From NCBI GenBank assembly GCA_964016885.1, contig OZ024743.1:133486001-133550000 (forward strand): a DNA stretch of 64,000 nt, written 5' to 3'. Positions 60,101-64,000 of the stretch are shown here, one piece after another; the first letter of the stretch is position 1, and each line of letters starts with the position of its first letter. The notes beneath the pieces are model-generated. The model ran no database searches. It had not been told where the DNA came from and saw nothing but the letters and a program-made list of their open reading frames with translations. A program made the position numbers and the translations under genes. Origin of the DNA: Eledone cirrhosa. Taxonomy: Eukaryota.

Positions 60101-63100
60101 TGCGTGCTTGGTGTTTGGTGTTTGGTGCTTGGTGCCTGGTGCTTGTTGTTTGGTGTTTCGTGCTTACTGCTTGGTGTTTGGTGTTTGGTGCTTGGTGCTT
60201 GGTGGCTGGTGTTTGGTGCTTGGTGTTTGGAGTTTGGTGCTTGGTGCTTGGTGCCTGGTGTTTCGTGCTTGGTGCTTGGTGCTTGGTGTTTGGTGTTTGG
60301 TGCTTGGTGTTTGGTGTTTGGTACTTGGTGCTTGGTGCTTGGTGCTTGGTGTTTGGTGCTTGGTGTTTGATGCTGCGTGCTTGGTGTTTGGTGTTTGGTG
60401 CTTGGTGCTTGGTGTTTGGTGTTTGGAGCTTGGTGCCTGGTGCTTGTTGTTTGGTGTTTGGCTCTTGGTGCTTGGTGTTTGGTGTTTGGTGCTTTGTGCT
60501 TGGTGTTTGGTATCTGGTGTTTGGTGCTTGATGTTTGGTGTTTGGTGCTTGGTGTTTGGTGTTTGGTGCTTGGTGCTTGGTGTTTGGTGCTTGGTGTTTG
60601 GTGTTTGGTGTTTGATGCTTGGTGTTTGCTGCTTGGTGCTTGGTGCTTGGTGTTTTGTGTTTGGTGCTTGGTGCTTGGTGCTTGGTGCCTGGTGCTTGGT
60701 GCTTGGTGCTTGTTGTTTGGTGCTTGGTGCTTGGTGATAAGTGTTTGGTGCTTGGTGCTTGCGGTTTGTTGTTTGGTGCTTGGGGTTTGGTGTTTGGTGC
60801 TTGGTGCTTGGTGTTTGGTGCTTGGTGCTTGGTGCTTGGTGTTTGGTGCTTGGTGCTTGGTGTTTGGTGCTTGGTGCTTGGTGTTTGGTGTTTGGCGTTT
60901 GCTGTTTGCTGTTTGGTGTTTGGTGCTTGCTGTTTGGTGCTTGGTGCTTGGTGTTTGGTGTTTGGTGTTTGGTGCTTGGTGCTTGGTGTTTGGTGCTTGG
61001 TGCTTGGTGCTGGGTGTTTGGTGCTTGGTGCTTGGTGTTTGGTGCTTGGTGCTTGGTGCTTGGTGTTTGGTCCTTGGTGCTTGCTGTTTGGTGCTTGGTT
61101 CTTGGTGCTTGGTGCGTGGTGTTTGGTGATTGCTGCTTGGTGCTTGGTGTTTGGTGCTTGGTGCTTGGTGATTAGTGTTTGGTGATTGGTGCTTGGTGTT
61201 TGGTGTTTGGTGCTTTGTGCTTGGTGCTTGGTATCTGGTGTTTGGTGCTTGATGTTTGGTGTTTGGTGCTTGGTGTTTGGTGTTTGGTGCTTGGTGCTTG
61301 GTGTTTGGTGCTTGGTGCTTGCTGTTTGGTGTTTGGTGTTTGGTTCTTGGTGCTTGGTGTTTGGTGTTTGGTGTCTGGTGCTTGGTGCTTGGTGCTTGGT
61401 GTTTGGTGCTTGGTGCTTGGTGCTTGGTGTTTGGTGCTGCGTGCTTGGTGTTTGGTGTTTGGTGCTTGGTGCCTGGTGCTTGTTGTTTGGTGTTTGGTGC
61501 TTGGTGCTTGGTGTTTGGTGTTTGGTGCTGGGTGCATGGAGTTTGGTGCTTGGTGCTTGTGCTTGGTGTTTGGTGTTTGGTGCTTGGTATTTGGTGTTTG
61601 GTGTTTGATGCTTGGTGTGTGGTGCTTGGTGCTTGGTGTTTTGTGTTTGGTGCTTGGTGCTTGGTGCCTGGTGCTTGGTTCTTGGTGCTTGTTGTTTGGT
61701 GCTTGGTGCTTGGTGATTAGTGTTTGGTGCTTGGTGCTTTTTGTTTGGTGCTTGGTGTTTGGTGCTTGGTGCCTGGTGCTTGGTGTTTGGTGTTTGATGC
61801 TTGGTGTTTGGTGTTTGGTGTTTGGTACTTGGTGTTCGGAGCTTGGTGCTTGGTGCTTGGTGCTTGGTGTTTGGTGTTTGGTGCTTGGTGCTTGGTGTTT
61901 GATGTTTGGTCCTTGGTGCTTGGTGTTTGGTGTTGTGTGCTTGGTGCTTGGTGCTTGATGTTTGGTGCTTGGTGCTTGGTGCTTGGTGTTTGGCGTTTGC
62001 TGTTTGCTGTTTGGTGTTTGGTGTTTGCTGTTTGGTGTTTGCTGTTTGGTGTTTGGTGTTTGGTGCTTGCTGTTTGGTGCTTGGTGCTTGGTGTTTGGTG
62101 TTAGGTGCTTGGTGTTTGGTGCTTGGTGCTTGGTGCTGAGTGTTTGGTGCTTGGTGCTTGGTGTTTGGTGCTTGGTGATTGGTGCTTGGTGTTTGGTCCT
62201 TGGTGCTTGGTGCTTGGTCTTTGGTGCTTGGGTTTTGGTGTTTGGTGCTTGGTGCTTGGTGTTTGGTGCTTGGTGCTTGGTGCTTGGTGCTTGGTGTTTG
62301 GTGCTTGCTGCTTGGTGCTTGGTGTTTGGTGCTTGGTGCTTGGTGATTAGTGTTTGGTGATTGGTGCTTGGGGTTTGGTGTTTGGGGCTTGGTGTTTGGT
62401 GCTTAGTGCTTGCTGTTTGGTGTTTGGTGTTTGGTTCTTGGTGCTTGGTGTTTGGTGTTTGGTGTTTGGTGCTTGGTGCTTGGTGCTTGGTGTTTGGTGC
62501 TTGGTGCTTGGTGTTTGGTGCTTGGTGCCTGGTGCTTGTTGTTTGGTGTTTGGTGCTTAGTGCTTGGTGTTTGGTGTTTGGTGCTTGGTGCTTGGTGGCT
62601 GGTGTTTGGTGCTTGGTGTTTGGAGTTTGGTGCTTGGTGCTTGGTGTCTGGTGTTTCGTGCTTGGTGCTTGGTGCTTGGTGTTTGGTGTTTGTTGCTTGG
62701 TGTTTGGTGTTTGGTACTTGGTGCTTGGTGCTTGTTGCTTGGTGTTTTTGTGCTTGGTGTTTGATGCTGCGTGCTTGGTGTTTGGTGTTTGGTGCTTGGT
62801 GCTTGGTGTTTGGTGTTTGGAGCTTGGTGCCTGGTGCTTGTTGCTTGGTGTTTGGCGCTTGGTGCTTGGTTCCTGGTGTTTCGTGCTTGGTGCTTGGTGC
62901 TTGGTGTTTGGTGTTTGGTGCTTGGTGTTTGGTGTTTGGTACTTGGTGCTTGGTGCTTGGTGCTTGGTGTTTGGTGCTTGGTGTTTGATGCTGCGTGCTT
63001 GGTGTTTGGTGTTTGGTGCTTGGTGCTTGGTGTTTGGTGTTTGGAGCTTGGTGCCTGGTGCTTGTTGCTTGGTGTTTGGCGCTTGGTGCTTGGTGTTTGT

Positions 63101-64000
63101 TGTTTGGTGCTTGGTGCTTGGTGCTTGGTATCTGGTGTTTGGTGCTTGATGTTTGGTGTTTGGTGCTTGGTGTTTGGTGTTTGGTGCTTGGTGCTTGGTG
63201 TTTGGTGCTTGGTGCTTGGTGTTTTGTGTTTGGTGCTTGGTGCTTGGTGCCTGGTGCTTGGTGCTTGGTGCTTGTTGTTTGGTGCTTGGTGCTTGGTGAT
63301 TAGTGTTTGGTGCTTGGTGCTTGCGGTTTGGTGTTTGGTGCTTGGGGTTTGGTGCTTGGTGCTTGGTGCTTGGTGTTTGGTGCTTGGTGCTTGGTGTTTG
63401 GTGCTTGGTGCCTGGTGTTTGGTGTTTGGCGTTTGCTGTTTGCTGTTTGGTGTTTGGTGCTTGCTGCTTGGTGCTTGGTGCATGGTGTTTGGTGTTTGGT
63501 GTTTTGTGCTTGGTGCTTGGTGTTTGGTGCTTGGTGCTTGGTGCTGGGTGTTTGGTGCTTGGTGCTTGGTGTTTGGTGCTTGGTGCTTGGTGCTTGGTGT
63601 TTGGTCCTTGGTGCTTGGTGCTTGGTATTTGGTGCTTGGGTTTTGGTGTTTGGTGCTTGGTGCTTGGTGTTTGGTGCTTGGTCTTGGTGCTTGGTGCTTG
63701 GTGTTTGGTGATTGCTGCTTGGTGCTTGGTGTTTGGTACTTGGTACTTGGTGATTAGTGTTTGGTGATTGGTGCTTGGGGTTTGCTGTTTGGTGCTTGGT
63801 GTTTGGTGCTTGGTGCTTGCTGTTAGGTGTTTGGTGTTTGGTTCTTGGTGCTTGGTGTTTGGTGTTTGGTGTCTGGTGCTTGGTGCTTGGTGCTTGGTGT
63901 TTGGTGCTTGGTGCTTGGTGCTTGGTGTTTGGTTCTGCGTGCTTGGTGTTTGGTGTTTGGTGCTTGGTGCCTGGTGCTTGTTGTTTGGTGTTTGGTGCTT
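57170..64000 (+). repeat. Tandem duplication, period about 4,276-4,277 bp; second copy truncated by the window end
   Basis: ORF pairs 57448/61724, 57686/61962 and 58078/62354 (+4276); 58718/62995 and 59026/63303 (+4277, after a 1-bp insertion at 62748). Confidence 0.88.
58360..58820 (+). repeat. 224-bp (32-monomer) tandem duplication, repeated at about 62640-63100
   Basis: ORF pairs 58494/58718 and 62771/62995 are +224. The TTCGTG...GATGCTGCGTG...GGAGCTT...GGCGCTT cassette occurs twice in tandem. Confidence 0.85.

Larger units (their letters stand above)
1..64000 (+). repeat. 7-bp tandem satellite array (GGTGYTT)n, about 9,150 monomers, running off both window edges
   Basis: Every line parses into GGTGCTT/GGTGTTT units plus a minority of 1-2-substitution variants (GCTGTTT, GGTGATT, AGTGTTT, GATGYTT, GGTCCTT, GGTGCCT, GGAGYTT). 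One orientation throughout, no non-repeat interruption, A nearly absent on the + strand. Confidence 0.99.

Noticed and set aside
1-64000. Hundreds of + strand ORFs resembling Trp/Cys-rich membrane proteins
   Set aside because: They overlap in all three frames with the same 7-aa repeat, mostly start at GTG/TTG inside monomers and contain no domain or unique sequence. They are translations of the satellite.
1-64000. CRISPR array or other repeat-spacer system
   Set aside because: There are no unique spacers (the sequence between landmark motifs is the same heptamer), and no cas, reverse transcriptase or recombinase gene is present.
1-64000. Canonical telomere tract (TTAGGG/TTTAGGG)
   Set aside because: Only sporadic TTAGGT and CTAGGG variants occur (e.g. 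near 11, 46, 382). No tandem canonical telomeric repeats were seen.
1-64000. Fungal RIP or CpG deamination as the cause of the C/T polymorphism
   Set aside because: The variable C is in a CpT context. The abundant minus-strand CpA sites (TG on +) are only rarely changed to TA, which is the opposite of a RIP signature.
1-64000. Transposon insertions, inversions, hairpins/terminators, tRNA or rRNA genes
   Set aside because: No non-satellite segment or reverse-orientation (CACCAA) tract was seen on the + strand, and the near-absence of A precludes long Watson-Crick stems.
1-64000. Pure sequencing or low-complexity artefact, or randomly simulated repeat
   Set aside because: Multi-variant cassettes and specific 1-bp indels recur in nested, lineage-consistent patterns tens of kb apart, as expected for a real evolving array. 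Individual duplications still need read support.

Overview
The whole 64 kb window is one uninterrupted, single-orientation tandem satellite built from a 7-bp monomer GGTGYTT, read as (TTGGTGC/TTGGTGT)n on the + strand and (AARCACC)n on the - strand, with about 9,150 monomers. I found no unique sequence, transposon, RNA gene, CRISPR array or credible protein-coding gene. Every ORF in the track is a translation of the repeat: 7 is coprime to 3, so all frames of a strand give the same 7-aa repeat (LVLGAWC/LVFGVWC on +, PSTKHQA/PNTKHQT on -). The real structure is hierarchical. Rare variant monomers form ordered cassettes, which show nested higher-order repeats at about 77, 105, 224, 336, 455, 602 and 1,240 bp and at about 3.0, 3.4-3.7, 4.3, 5.3-5.8 and 6.3 kb. 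The array is also zoned into domains with private variants and different divergence. This looks like a eukaryotic heterochromatic satellite (possibly centromeric, pericentromeric or subtelomeric) with alpha-satellite-style higher-order organisation on a microsatellite-sized monomer. The organism and function cannot be determined from the sequence. Offsets were taken from matching ORF coordinates and by-eye landmarks, so block boundaries are approximate (tens of bp).
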